Source of the DNA: Acidobacteriota bacterium
Lineage (GTDB): Bacteria; Acidobacteriota; Terriglobia; Terriglobales; Acidobacteriaceae
Assembly: GCA_046728215.1 (NCBI GenBank)
Contig: JBKPEB010000024.1
Span: forward strand, 13,600 to 77,599
Length of the DNA stretch: 64,000 nt
Reading direction: 5' to 3'
The notes below the pieces were generated by a model. That model saw only the letters and a program-made list of their open reading frames with translations. It had not been told where the DNA came from and searched no databases. Positions 20,730-31,717 of this stretch are shown here, one piece after another; the first letter of the stretch is position 1; the number at the start of each line of letters is the position of its first letter. Position numbers and translations under genes: made by a program.

Positions 20730-21603
20730 GTGGCCGTCACCTCGGTTCCGGTAGTCTCCAGGATCTTCAATGACCTGAAAATCCTGCACACGCGGTTCGC
20801 ACGGCTCGTTCTCGGTGTTGCCGTTCTCGAAGACATCGTGCTCTGGCTAGCGCTGGCACTTGCCACAGCGATGGCTCGAAAAGCCATGCTTTATCCCAGG
20901 GAACTGTTCTATCACCTGGTGTCCACCATAGGATTCTTCGGCCTCGGACTGACGATCGTTCCCCGGATCGCGAGGCGAATCAACAAATCGCGATTCAACG
21001 TCCTGGCCAGGAACCCGCCGGTCGCCTACGCGATGGTCGTTTTGCTTGCCTACTGCGTGGTTGCGGGGAGCCTGGGTGTTGAGCGTCGTGTTTGCAGCCT
21101 TTCTCGCCGGCTTCGCTGTGGTTCACAAAAAGCGGCAACTGTTCTCGGAAGCGCTCAGTGCCATCGCTACAGTGTCGTTCGCGTTTTTTATTCCTGTGTA
21201 CTTCGCTTTGGTGGGATTCAAGCTCGACCTCGTTCACGGCGTTGCGCTGTGGATGATCGCTGCGTTCCTTGCCGGTAGCTGCATCCTCAAGATTCTCTCG
21301 GTATCGCTGGCCGGGCGACTCGCCGGCTTCCGTGGGCTGGATCTGCTGAATCTCGCGATCACGACGAATGCACGAGGCGGACCGGGCATCGTACTGGCCA
21401 GTGTGGCATTCGATGCCGGCATCATCAGCCCGCAGTTCTATACCACGCTGGTGGTTGCTGCCGTCCTCACGTCCCAGGCAGCCGGTGCGTGGCTCGATTA
21501 CGTGCTGTGCAAGGGCTGGCCGTTACTGCTGCCGGTTGCTGCCAGCCCGCCGGTCCTCGCTACTGCGACGCAGAGTCCCTCTGTCGACTGTGGAGCCTAT
21601 TGA
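20730..21603 (+). pseudogene. Cation:proton antiporter (CPA2/Na+-H+ exchanger family) remnant, 5'-truncated and frameshifted
   Basis: VPVVSRIFNDLKILHTRFARLVLGVAVLEDIVLWLALAL is a mid-protein CPA segment. The frame switches near 21075 (ORFs 20730..21278 and 21046..21603). No N-terminal TM region is encoded upstream. Confidence 0.7.
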
Positions 21604-21866
21604 ATGCGGAACCGCTCCGTCATCAACCGCTGCAGACGGGGCTTATAGAGAATATCGAAAGCAAGTTCTTTGCCGGGAAACATGGCGAGCGCGGCTCGAC
21701 GCGCGTTCGCTGTAAGTTCGGAAGCTTCTTCGATGGTGAGGTTGGGATCCTGGCTGATCACGGACATGACCATGCTGATCATGACCTGCAGCCGTCTTAT
21801 TTTTTTTGCCTCGTCTAGCGTCTCCTGAACGTTGCCTTCCTGCCCACCCCGGTTCGCATCTTCCAT
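21597..21866 (-). CDS. Small hypothetical protein (89 aa)
   Basis: An intact ORF with helical-looking sequence. I recognise no family. Confidence 0.35.
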   Translation of the reverse strand: MEDANRGGQEGNVQETLDEAKKIRRLQVMISMVMSVISQDPNLTIEEASELTANARRAALAMFPGKELAFDILYKPRLQRLMTERFRIQ

Positions 21867-22147
21867 ACGGCCCTCGACAGGGCGGCCTTGCTGAAAGCAC
21901 GTTCAGCCCAGCATGCGCGTTTGGGAGGCGCTCACGCCGGTGGACGATCCCCTGTTGTGCCCATTCTCAGGGCATTCGCTGCTCGAAAGCAACTCCCCCA
22001 AGGTGGGGGCCTGCCCGCATTTTCCCTGTAGTTTGCAAGTGACTGAGCCCTTTGCTTTATCCCAAATTACTCCGCATCGGGTTTACAATCCTTCTGGCCA
22101 GAGCTGGGATTGAAGCCAATCCCGAAAAACTAGCCAGTGGAGAAGCC

Positions 22148-22444
22148 ATGCCAGAGAACTCCGATCCCACCCCGTCGACCGATCGCGTGCCCGACCCGAA
22201 CGAGAAGCTAATCAAGGTCTTCGACAGCGAACAAGACTCGGAGGCCATGGTTGTCAAGGGCCTGCTCGATTCCGCCGGAATTGACTCCGATCTCACTTCG
22301 GTCGACGCCGTTCAGGACATGTTTCCTGGGGTAGGTGGCATGGTCATTCTTGTGCGCGAAGAAGACGCCGAAGAAGCCCGCCGCGTAATCAAGGAATCTC
22401 TCGAATCTCCGGAATCCCCCGAAGTCATGACCGACAACGGATAA
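22148..22444 (+). CDS. DUF2007-domain protein (putative signal-transducing protein)
   Basis: KLIKVFDSEQDSEAMVVKGLLDSAGIDS...GGMVILVREEDAEEARRVI matches the DUF2007 pattern. The ATG at 22148 was chosen (MPENSDP). Confidence 0.55.
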   Translation: MPENSDPTPSTDRVPDPNEKLIKVFDSEQDSEAMVVKGLLDSAGIDSDLTSVDAVQDMFPGVGGMVILVREEDAEEARRVIKESLESPESPEVMTDNG

Positions 22445-22536
22445 GGGATCCTCCTCCATTTCTGGAATATAAATATCCCTCACCAGAAGTCGGATGCAGC
22501 GCCAAGTGCTGAGAGCTCAAGGCTGATAGCTGGTTC

Positions 22537-23481
22537 TTAGCTTCCCGCCGCGAAGCCGCCCGCATGAGCGACCGTAATGCGGAGGTACTTGTAAGGATTG
22601 ACAGGGGTATCGTTGATGCGGACTTCGTAATGCAGGTGGGGCCCGGTGCTCCGGCCACTCGCACCGACGTAGCCAATGATTTCGCCGCGCCGAACGTGCT
22701 GTCCGGAACTCACGGCGAAGGCTGACAGGTGTCCGTAGCGGGTAATGACGCCGTGGCCATGTTCCAGGATGATGGCACGCCCGTATCCGCCCATATAATC
22801 CGCGAAATCGACCAGGCCATCCGCTGGTGCGACTACCGGCTGGCCCACCATCGCGGCGATATCGACGCCGGTGTGGAACGCACCTTCCCCGTTGAACGGG
22901 TCGATGCGCTCGCCAAAGGATCCGGTGACCGGACCTTCCACGGGCCACAGGTTCGGCGCCGCATTCGCCCTTAACCAGTCTGCCGTAGTGGCGTTGCGCG
23001 TAAGCCCCAGTGACAACCCGGTCGTGGTGGCGCCGGTCAGCGCCGAATTCTTCAAGGCGTACAGCTGATCCAGCGAGGAGTTCACCTCGGCGGTACGCAA
23101 ATGCTCGTCGCCGCCGACCACAAGAGTCGGATCCGATTTCAACCCATACAGCGAGGACACCTCACTCGCCAGCGAGCCGAGCGATGCAACCTGCACGTCG
23201 CGCTCCTTGGCAACCTGTTCCAGGCGCGAATAGCGGGTCTTCAAATCTTCCTTTTCGGTGCGCAACTGGTTGTAGCTAGATACCTTGAGCAACATCCGGG
23301 CATAGGAACTGGCAATCCCGGTCATGCTCAGAAACGCGATGGTCGCGCCGACTACGAAAACGTACAGGTAATGGACGGGAATAGGGATCTTGCGCAGCTG
23401 GCCGTCGTCGTCACGAGCCACAAAAAGGATGTAGAAGCGTTTGCGCAATCGTTCCTTTCCGTCAATGAATTCAAGGACCAT
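22537..23481 (-). CDS. M23-family peptidoglycan metalloendopeptidase with a coiled-coil N-region
   Basis: Shows HTGVDIAA...G.V....G and GYGRAIILEHGHGVITRYGHL...GASGRSTGPHLHYEV. Confidence 0.85.
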   Translation of the reverse strand: MVLEFIDGKERLRKRFYILFVARDDDGQLRKIPIPVHYLYVFVVGATIAFLSMTGIASSYARMLLKVSSYNQLRTEKEDLKTRYSRLEQVAKERDVQVASLGSLASEVSSLYGLKSDPTLVVGGDEHLRTAEVNSSLDQLYALKNSALTGATTTGLSLGLTRNATTADWLRANAAPNLWPVEGPVTGSFGERIDPFNGEGAFHTGVDIAAMVGQPVVAPADGLVDFADYMGGYGRAIILEHGHGVITRYGHLSAFAVSSGQHVRRGEIIGYVGASGRSTGPHLHYEVRINDTPVNPYKYLRITVAHAGGFAAGS

Positions 23482-23935
23482 GCTCGGACGGCCTGCGGTT
23501 ACAGGAGCCCGCGCAGCATCCCGGATCCCCGAGCTACGCCCCTTGCGGGGTGTGATTCGTGCTCACTACCTACGGAACCGGGTAAGGCCTAAACTACCAA
23601 GTGTCTGCAATCCAAACGCGATACAGCACTTAAGTCCGGCCAAAGGTGTCGGAAACAGCTTCCAGAAGGTAACAAAGCTGATTCCCCTATGTCAACGCCG
23701 AAACCCCCGTGTCTCGGTTACGAAGGCCCTGTGGTCCAAACTGGTCTAAGGGACGATAACGAGCCTACCGCGGTAATTGTTACCTTGTTGGCTTCCGTGA
23801 CAACAGCTGGCCACCCGCGCGCCCCCCCGATCCGCGTCTCGGGGACCGCCTCGGCTGTCGGGCAGCGAGCCCATACCTGATTCTCCGACCACTGTCCCTT
23901 TTTCTGGTAAGCCCCCACTCGCTATAGTGATCGCC

Positions 23936-24919
23936 ATGCCCCTGCCGGAAAAAGCGCTCATCGCACGCATTCGGAAGGCTGCGAAAACCCGGGCACCATC
24001 CCTCGTCGCCGGCATTGGCGACGACGCCGCCCTGCTGAAAATCAGGCCTGGTAACGAAGTCCTCGTCACTACCGACTTCACCTTGGAGGGTATTCACTTT
24101 CGCCGTGAGTGGCATGCTCCGCAAGTGGTTGGTTGGCGTTGCCTTACCCGGGGACTTAGCGATATCGCCGCCATGGGAGGCGAGCCGATAGCGGCTTTTC
24201 TGTCGTTGGCTGTACCACGCAAGCTTCCGCAAACATGGGTGGACGGCTTCATGGAAGGTCTCCTCGAACTTGCGCAGGAGTTCAAAGTTGCGTTGGCCGG
24301 GGGAGACACGGCCGAATCGCCCGCGGGCGTGCTAGCTGACATCCTCGTGCTCGGCTCGGTTCCACGCGGAAAGGCGATTTTGCGATCGAGAGCGCGGCCG
24401 GGCGATGCCATCTACGTGACCGGCGAGTTGGGGGGCGGGGCCGCCGGGCTCCGCGAACTATTCGCTGGAAGCAAGCTTCGCTCCGGAGATTTCGCTCGAC
24501 ATTTCCATCCGGTGCCGCGAATTGCGGTCGGCAAGATTCTGCGAACGCGAAACCTGGCCACGGCCATGATCGATTTGAGCGACGGACTCTCGACCGACCT
24601 CGCCCATCTTTGCGAGGAGTCCGCCGTAGGCGCGGAAATTCTTGCTACTCAACTCCCGAGGGCTCACACAGGAAGAAAGCGTCAGCCGGTAGACCAGGAT
24701 CTCGTGCTGCATGGTGGAGAAGACTACGAATTGCTGTTCTCCGCTCCCCGATCCTTGCGTTTGCCGCCCACAATCGGCGGCGTCCGCGTTACCCGGATCG
24801 GCCAAGTCACGCGGAATCGCCGGATTGTTCTCCGCAACGAAGACGGGAGCGTCCAGCGCCTTGTGCCAAAAGGTTGGCAGCACTTTGCCTCGAGCGTAAC
24901 GCGAGGGGACACGTCCTGA
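23936..24919 (+). CDS. thiL: Thiamine-monophosphate kinase
   Basis: Has the AIRS-like fold. Shows LVAGIGDDAALLKI...VTTDFTLEGIHF and a C-terminal GGEDYELLF. An alternative start lies at 23927. Confidence 0.8.
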   Translation: MPLPEKALIARIRKAAKTRAPSLVAGIGDDAALLKIRPGNEVLVTTDFTLEGIHFRREWHAPQVVGWRCLTRGLSDIAAMGGEPIAAFLSLAVPRKLPQTWVDGFMEGLLELAQEFKVALAGGDTAESPAGVLADILVLGSVPRGKAILRSRARPGDAIYVTGELGGGAAGLRELFAGSKLRSGDFARHFHPVPRIAVGKILRTRNLATAMIDLSDGLSTDLAHLCEESAVGAEILATQLPRAHTGRKRQPVDQDLVLHGGEDYELLFSAPRSLRLPPTIGGVRVTRIGQVTRNRRIVLRNEDGSVQRLVPKGWQHFASSVTRGDTS

Positions 24920-24971
24920 CGTACCTTCCCATGCTCTAGTTCTCACCACTGCACGGGACTAGAGTAAAGGC

Positions 24972-25592
24972 ATGCTGTGTTCCCGAAAAATCCTTGGTCT
25001 ATTTGTTGTCGTGTTGGCAGTTCTGAGCGTTCCGCTGCACGCGCAAAACACTCCCGCGCCGGCAGAGCCTGGAAAGAACGCTGCCGAGAATCCGCTCACC
25101 GTCAATGCAGCCTTCATCCACCAACAGTTTGGCGAAGAGTTCGCCCTGATCCCAAGCTCCACGCCGTACGTTCGCGACATTGATGGCGACGGAATCGACG
25201 ATCTGGTGATCGTCGCCCGCAGCAAGAAACCCATGCTCGACGCTGCTGAGCACAACTATCGCGTCGTCGATCCGTACTATTCGTTCTATGGCTACGGGGA
25301 TCCGAAGCTGACCGCGACGTTCGGCTCCGAAGATATGACGGAGAGGAACTTGGTGGTGCTCGTGATTCACGGCGCCGGCACGGACGCCTGGCGCGCAGAA
25401 ACGCCTAAGGCCAAGTTCGTGATTATCAACCTGCCGTTGAAGCGCATCGCGGTAAAGCGCTTGCAGCTCCGCAAGAGGCAGGTAAACGCCATCTTCGCCG
25501 TTGAGGCCGACGCCAGCGCCGGCGACTCAGTCGTCTTCTGGGACGGCAAGCAGTACAAGTACCAGCCCATCGGCACCGACAGCGTAAATTAG
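24972..25592 (+). CDS. Hypothetical secreted protein
   Basis: A signal peptide (LGLFVVVLAVLSVPLHA), DIDGDGIDDLVIV and no recognised family. Confidence 0.5.
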   Translation: MLCSRKILGLFVVVLAVLSVPLHAQNTPAPAEPGKNAAENPLTVNAAFIHQQFGEEFALIPSSTPYVRDIDGDGIDDLVIVARSKKPMLDAAEHNYRVVDPYYSFYGYGDPKLTATFGSEDMTERNLVVLVIHGAGTDAWRAETPKAKFVIINLPLKRIAVKRLQLRKRQVNAIFAVEADASAGDSVVFWDGKQYKYQPIGTDSVN

Positions 25593-25670
25593 GCGACGAG
25601 TTCCCAATGCAAGTTTCGCCTGTGATTGAATCGTCGTGTGTCCTGCAACAGATGTGAAAATACCGCGACG

Positions 25671-26555
25671 CTATCCCTCCAATACACCCAGGTCGAGTTC
25701 GCCGAGCCGCACGACATCGCCGATGATGTCGACTTCCGCGATCTTGCCGTTTCTGAACGTGAAGCGCAGCACCCTTGAGAGGTGCCCTTGCGGGGCGAGC
25801 ACTGCGCCCACGCTGCCATCGACCAGCGCCGGCCGCACAAAGCGCGCGCCGCGCGAGTAGGCGACAGCTCCCCTGGCCCAGTTCGCGGCGCCGCGCACTT
25901 CGCGAGGAGCGCCGGGAGCCCCCGCAGCCTCATCCACATGCACCACCACATTCGGATCGAGCACTGCGATGATTCCATCGACATCCCCCGCGCGCAGCGC
26001 GCTTAGGAATGTGTCGACCACCTCGCGTTGCGGTAGGAGATCCGCCTTTACCGACGCAACCTGGCCTTGTACGCGGCGGCGGGCGCGGCTGGCCAGTTGC
26101 CGGGTTGCCTCCGGAGTGCGTCCGACGATGGAAGCAATCTCGTCGAAGGACACGGCGAACAGATCGTGCAACACGAACGCGAGCCGCTCGGCCGGGGTAA
26201 GACGATCGAGCACCACCAGCAGCGCGAGTCCCACCGAATCGGCCAACACTGCCTCCTGTTCCGGGTCGAGTTTCCTTTCGTCCCGCACAACCGGTTCGGG
26301 TGCTTGCGTATCGAGCGAGTCTTCGCGACGGGAGGTGCGCGATCGCAGCAGGTCGAGGCACACGCGCGCAACCACCGTGGTCAGCCATCCGCCAAGATTC
26401 TCGATCTCGCTGGCATCGGAGCGGCTCAGGCGCAGCCAGGTTTCCTGGACGGCATCATCCGCCTCAACCAGCGAGCCGAGCATGCGGTACGCCACCGCAC
26501 GGAGATGTCCGCGATTCTGCTCGAAGCGTTCCGCCAGCCAATCGGGTTGATTCAT
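25671..26555 (-). CDS. ECF sigma factor with a C-terminal SnoaL-like extension (ECF41-type)
   Basis: Sigma-70 regions 2 and 4 are present (AVAYRMLGSLVEADDAVQETWLRL ... LTPAERLAFVLHDLFAVSFDEIASIVG). A C-terminal extension of about 100 aa follows. It is adjacent and divergent to a CMD-family gene. Confidence 0.8.
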   Translation of the reverse strand: MNQPDWLAERFEQNRGHLRAVAYRMLGSLVEADDAVQETWLRLSRSDASEIENLGGWLTTVVARVCLDLLRSRTSRREDSLDTQAPEPVVRDERKLDPEQEAVLADSVGLALLVVLDRLTPAERLAFVLHDLFAVSFDEIASIVGRTPEATRQLASRARRRVQGQVASVKADLLPQREVVDTFLSALRAGDVDGIIAVLDPNVVVHVDEAAGAPGAPREVRGAANWARGAVAYSRGARFVRPALVDGSVGAVLAPQGHLSRVLRFTFRNGKIAEVDIIGDVVRLGELDLGVLEG

Positions 26556-26728
26556 TTTTGAAGAAATTTCCCTCGTCTTTAGAATCATTGGAGGCCCTGC
26601 GCCACGCCGACGGTTGGATATCCCGTCCCCTACGGACTCGGTCTTCCTCTCGAGTGTTTCCCGAGCGGCATCGCCTCCTCCTTATGCCGCCACAACCAGG
26701 ATGTCGCTTTCAGAACTTTTAAGGGATC

Positions 26729-26755
26729 TGTCACAACCCAACATCTTGCTCCGTC
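26729..26755 (+). promoter_or_regulatory. Putative ECF41-dependent promoter (TGTCACA-N16-CGTC)
   Basis: TGTCACA sits at 26729-26735, followed by a 16-nt spacer and CGTC at 26752-26755. This is about 50 bp upstream of the CMD-family gene start at 26805. A second TGTGACA lies at 26783. Confidence 0.55.
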
Positions 26756-26804
26756 ATGGTAGTGACGAAACAAAACCAAACTTTGTGACAGGAGATTGAC
26801 CATC

Positions 26805-27309
26805 ATGCAAGCAAGAATGAAAAACCCAGCCATGCTTAATCCTGAAGCCATGCAGTCGCTCTACGCGCTAATCGAAGGCAGTGGAAGGAAAAGGCGTCCC
26901 GGAAAAGACGATTGGACTGATCCACTTGCGCGCCAGCCAGATCAACGGCTGCGGCGTGTGCGTCGACATGCATAATCGAATGATGAAGAAAGCGGGCGAG
27001 ACCGAAGAGCGGCTCTTCGCGGTGGCGGCGTGGCGGGACACGCCCTACTTCAGCGATGCGGAGCGAGCGGCGCTGGCGCTTACGGAAGCCGTGACCCGCT
27101 TGAGCGACCGACCGGATCCGGTACCGGACGATATCTGGGACGAAGCCGCGCATCACTATGATGAGCGTGCCCTCGCAGCCCTGGTCATCGGGATCGCGAC
27201 CATTAACGTGTGGAACCGACTCAACGTTGCCACGAGGCAGGTGGCCGGCGAGTGGGTCAAGTCCGCGGAAGCGAAGGCGTGGGTCGAAAAGGAGCTGGCC
27301 GCGCGCTAA
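26805..27309 (+). CDS. Carboxymuconolactone decarboxylase (AhpD-like) family protein, frameshifted near 26875
   Basis: The N-terminus MQARMKNPAMLNPEAMQSLYALIEGS is in frame 0. The rest, KGVPEKTIGLIHLRASQINGCGVCVDMH (CxxC..H), is in frame 1 (ORF 26881..27309). An indel lies in the GGAAGGAAAAGG run. Confidence 0.65.
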
Positions 27310-27445
27310 TTAGGGCCGGATGTTTTTCCCGGTGCGGCTCGTGGAGTGCGAAAGTTGTTCCACGGGCCGAACCGTGTTTCGTCTGCGGTGCCGCGGTCTC
27401 TTCGTCTTCGGCAGCCTTACTTGGGCGGCTCTTAGTCGAGGTCTC

Positions 27446-28633
27446 TCACTGCGTCGTCAGCTTGAGCACGCTTCCGCTGTAGTCCACGACGTATAGTTCT
27501 CCCGACGTATCTTGCCCGAAGGAACTGAGGTTGCGTCCGGTCGACAACAACTTGGTGCGCGTCCAGGTGCCGGGCGGCGACTCGGCCAGTTCCCACATCG
27601 TTCCACTAATGTAGTCGCCGAACACGTATGTACCGGCAAGGCTGGAGATGGCCGCGCCCTTGTAGATGAATCCGCCCACCACCGCTTCGCCTTCGCTATG
27701 CGCGTATTCGGCGATCGGCATGGTGAGGCCCACCATATTGCATCCGCTGGCCGGATTGAAGCAGTGCATGCCTTCCATCACGTTCCAGCCATAGTTCTTT
27801 CCGCTTTCCAGGATGTCGACTTCTTCGAACTGATCCTGCCCAACGTCGCCGACAAACAAGCGGGTTCCGCCGCGCTCGAAGGAGAATCGCCAGGGATTGC
27901 GCAGTCCGTAAGCCCAGATCTCCGGCAGGCCGCCGCCGCCCGCAAACGGATTGGTCGCGGGAATCGCATACTGCTTGCCGGCGCTCATGCTGTTGACATC
28001 GATGCGCAGCATTTTCCCGAGCATCGTCTGCACGTCCTGGCCGTTGCCCATCGGATCGCCGCCGCTGCCGCCGTCGCCGAAGCCGATATACAGGAACCCA
28101 TCGGGACCAAAGACGATTTGACCGCCCTTGTGATTCGTGAATGGTTGATCGACCGTCAGCAGAATGCGCTCGCTGTTGGGATCGGCGACGTTCGGATCGC
28201 CAGACGAGACGTGGTATTCGGCGATTACGCTCTGAATTTGTGCGCCCGACATCCGGTCGTAATGCACATAGAAAAGATGGTTCTGCGGGAACTGCGGATG
28301 AAAGGCGAGGCCGAGCAGTCCCATTTCGCCGCCGGAATTCACCTTGCTGGTGATGTTGAGAAACGGCGTGGCCGCGAGAGATCCGTTGGCGACAATCCGG
28401 ATCGATCCCGCCTGCTGCACGACGAACATGCGTCCGGTGCCATCGTTTGGAAACTGCAGGTCGACCGGACTGGTCAGCCCGCTGACGACCGATGTCAATG
28501 TAAGCGTCGGAGGAGGTCCAGCCCCGCCCGGAGGTGGTGGCGTATTGGAATAGCCGCTACTGCACGCTTGCAACCAAAGCAGGAGAGAAAGAATGCCCAA
28601 CCGAGAAATGCGCTCGCCCCAAGGCATGCCCAA
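27446..28633 (-). CDS. PQQ-dependent sugar dehydrogenase (soluble aldose/sorbosone dehydrogenase family), lipoprotein
   Basis: A lipoprotein signal ([10 protein letters not shown]) is followed by [21 protein letters not shown] and beta-propeller repeats. Confidence 0.8.
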   Translation of the reverse strand: MGMPWGERISRLGILSLLLWLQACSSGYSNTPPPPGGAGPPPTLTLTSVVSGLTSPVDLQFPNDGTGRMFVVQQAGSIRIVANGSLAATPFLNITSKVNSGGEMGLLGLAFHPQFPQNHLFYVHYDRMSGAQIQSVIAEYHVSSGDPNVADPNSERILLTVDQPFTNHKGGQIVFGPDGFLYIGFGDGGSGGDPMGNGQDVQTMLGKMLRIDVNSMSAGKQYAIPATNPFAGGGGLPEIWAYGLRNPWRFSFERGGTRLFVGDVGQDQFEEVDILESGKNYGWNVMEGMHCFNPASGCNMVGLTMPIAEYAHSEGEAVVGGFIYKGAAISSLAGTYVFGDYISGTMWELAESPPGTWTRTKLLSTGRNLSSFGQDTSGELYVVDYSGSVLKLTTQ

Positions 28634-28721
28634 AATTCTAGTCCTCTTTGATACCGAGCCGACTCACTCGCTTGTACATCACGGGTTACCGAAGGCCAAC
28701 TCGCCTATAATTTGTGGCCAT

Positions 28722-30272
<1,551 letters not shown>

Positions 30273-30456
30273 GCACGCTTAGAGCGCAATCGGTGGGGAG
30301 GTCCAACGCTCGCTGGTATCGCTTAGACACGCGGGTCCCTCGACTTTGGTTCCCTCAGGATGACAGTCCTAGCGCGGACATCTCCCAAGAGACACGCTGC
30401 CACATTTCATTCTGATGTCATGCTGAGCTGAAAATCAGCGGCGAATCCGAACGCTG

Positions 30457-30849
30457 CTACGGGCATTCCAGCTGGGCCGTACCGCGTACCAGTGCGGGAT
30501 CACGATATTGATTCAAGGTACCGGTGTAGGCCGTCGCGGTAATCCAGGTTCTGCCTGTTCGATTGCAGTGGGCCAGGCCGGATTGGTCGACCACGGCAAC
30601 GCCGTTCCCCGCCAGTAGACCGTCCGCAGCGGTCTCAATCCAGACGATGGGATTCACTCTGACAGGAGTGGGTGGCTTATTGAAGGATCCGGTCGCGCTG
30701 AACTGTACGTCGACGCCGGATACAGGCGTGGCAGACGCGGGCTGCAAATTGAGAGTCAGCATCTGGCGCGGCTCCATTCTTGTTCCGCCACAGCTGATGG
30801 TTAGCGCAAGCAGTACGAGCACTGAAATGGCCGCGAAAGGTCGCTTCAT
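30457..30849 (-). CDS. Hypothetical lipoprotein
   Basis: The signal MKRPFAAISVLVLLALTISCGG has a lipobox Cys. It is 130 aa with no recognised family. Confidence 0.5.
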   Translation of the reverse strand: MKRPFAAISVLVLLALTISCGGTRMEPRQMLTLNLQPASATPVSGVDVQFSATGSFNKPPTPVRVNPIVWIETAADGLLAGNGVAVVDQSGLAHCNRTGRTWITATAYTGTLNQYRDPALVRGTAQLECP

Positions 30850-31717
30850 AACAACCTCCGGGTACCTTTGGCCGTGAATTTTCCCCAAACAGGGATGTCT
30901 CGTTTGCATGCGCCAGATTGCTCCCGCAGTTGCCGGAGGGGGTCTTGAACGCGAGCCGGATCGCCGGCCTGCATCGTTGCACCGTTCGGACGGGCAAAAT
31001 GCTACCTGGAGTCTAAGGGGGTGGAAAGAGCGGACAGGGCGAAGCGTTCAGAAAATAAGAGCCCCGAGGTGATGTTGGTCTCATTCATCTCGGCCAGTAG
31101 CTCGCGTTAGACCCTTGCTGACCTGCTCTCGTCGCTTCCTTGCGGGTTGCAACGCGCGATCAAAACTCGGGCTCCGGGCTCACCGCCAACCGGACAAATC
31201 AGTTCAACGCCTCGGGACTCTATCTTGCCTTCAACGGTCGTTCCTGTTCTCCTCGACCAGCGCTTTGCTATAGACCCTCGCTCGCCTTCCTTATCGCTTC
31301 CGCAACAAGGTGACTTCGCTTGAGTCCCGGACGCCGCACCAACCGGCAAAACTTAAGAACGTGTCGAAGAACGAGTGTGTTTTTACTCCTTCTATTTTTA
31401 TAGTCAATCAAAACTGCGTGGATTTATCTCCCGCAAAATCAATGGAGTGCGGCCGGTTCACAGGGCGCTGCTCGAATTTGGTGCAGCGGGTACCGCAAGA
31501 GTGCTCAAGCGCCGAAACGACCTGCACGATTTGCGCGCATTCTCCGCGCAGTTTGCGCTCATGCAAGGTCTGCGAGTATGCGCGTGCGCGTGTGGAAATA
31601 TCGATCAAAAACAACAATGACGCGGAAAGCAGATTTGCAGAAAACTGCAAGGTGCTCCGCCAAGTCACTTACCGCGGCGCCCAGTTCTTCCTAGAATTGC
31701 CGAAGAGGTCCTCGTCG

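Noticed and set aside
23840-23935. A possible TPP riboswitch upstream of thiL (ACCTGAT element)
   Set aside because: It lacks the conserved CUGAGA and GGAUAAU elements and the P2/P3 pairing. thiL is also not a usual TPP-riboswitch target.
31310-31717. An N-terminal 136-aa extension of the SPFH ORF
   Set aside because: Its composition is non-protein-like (Cys/Arg/Ser-rich) and it has no RBS. The real start with a TM segment is the ATG at 31718.
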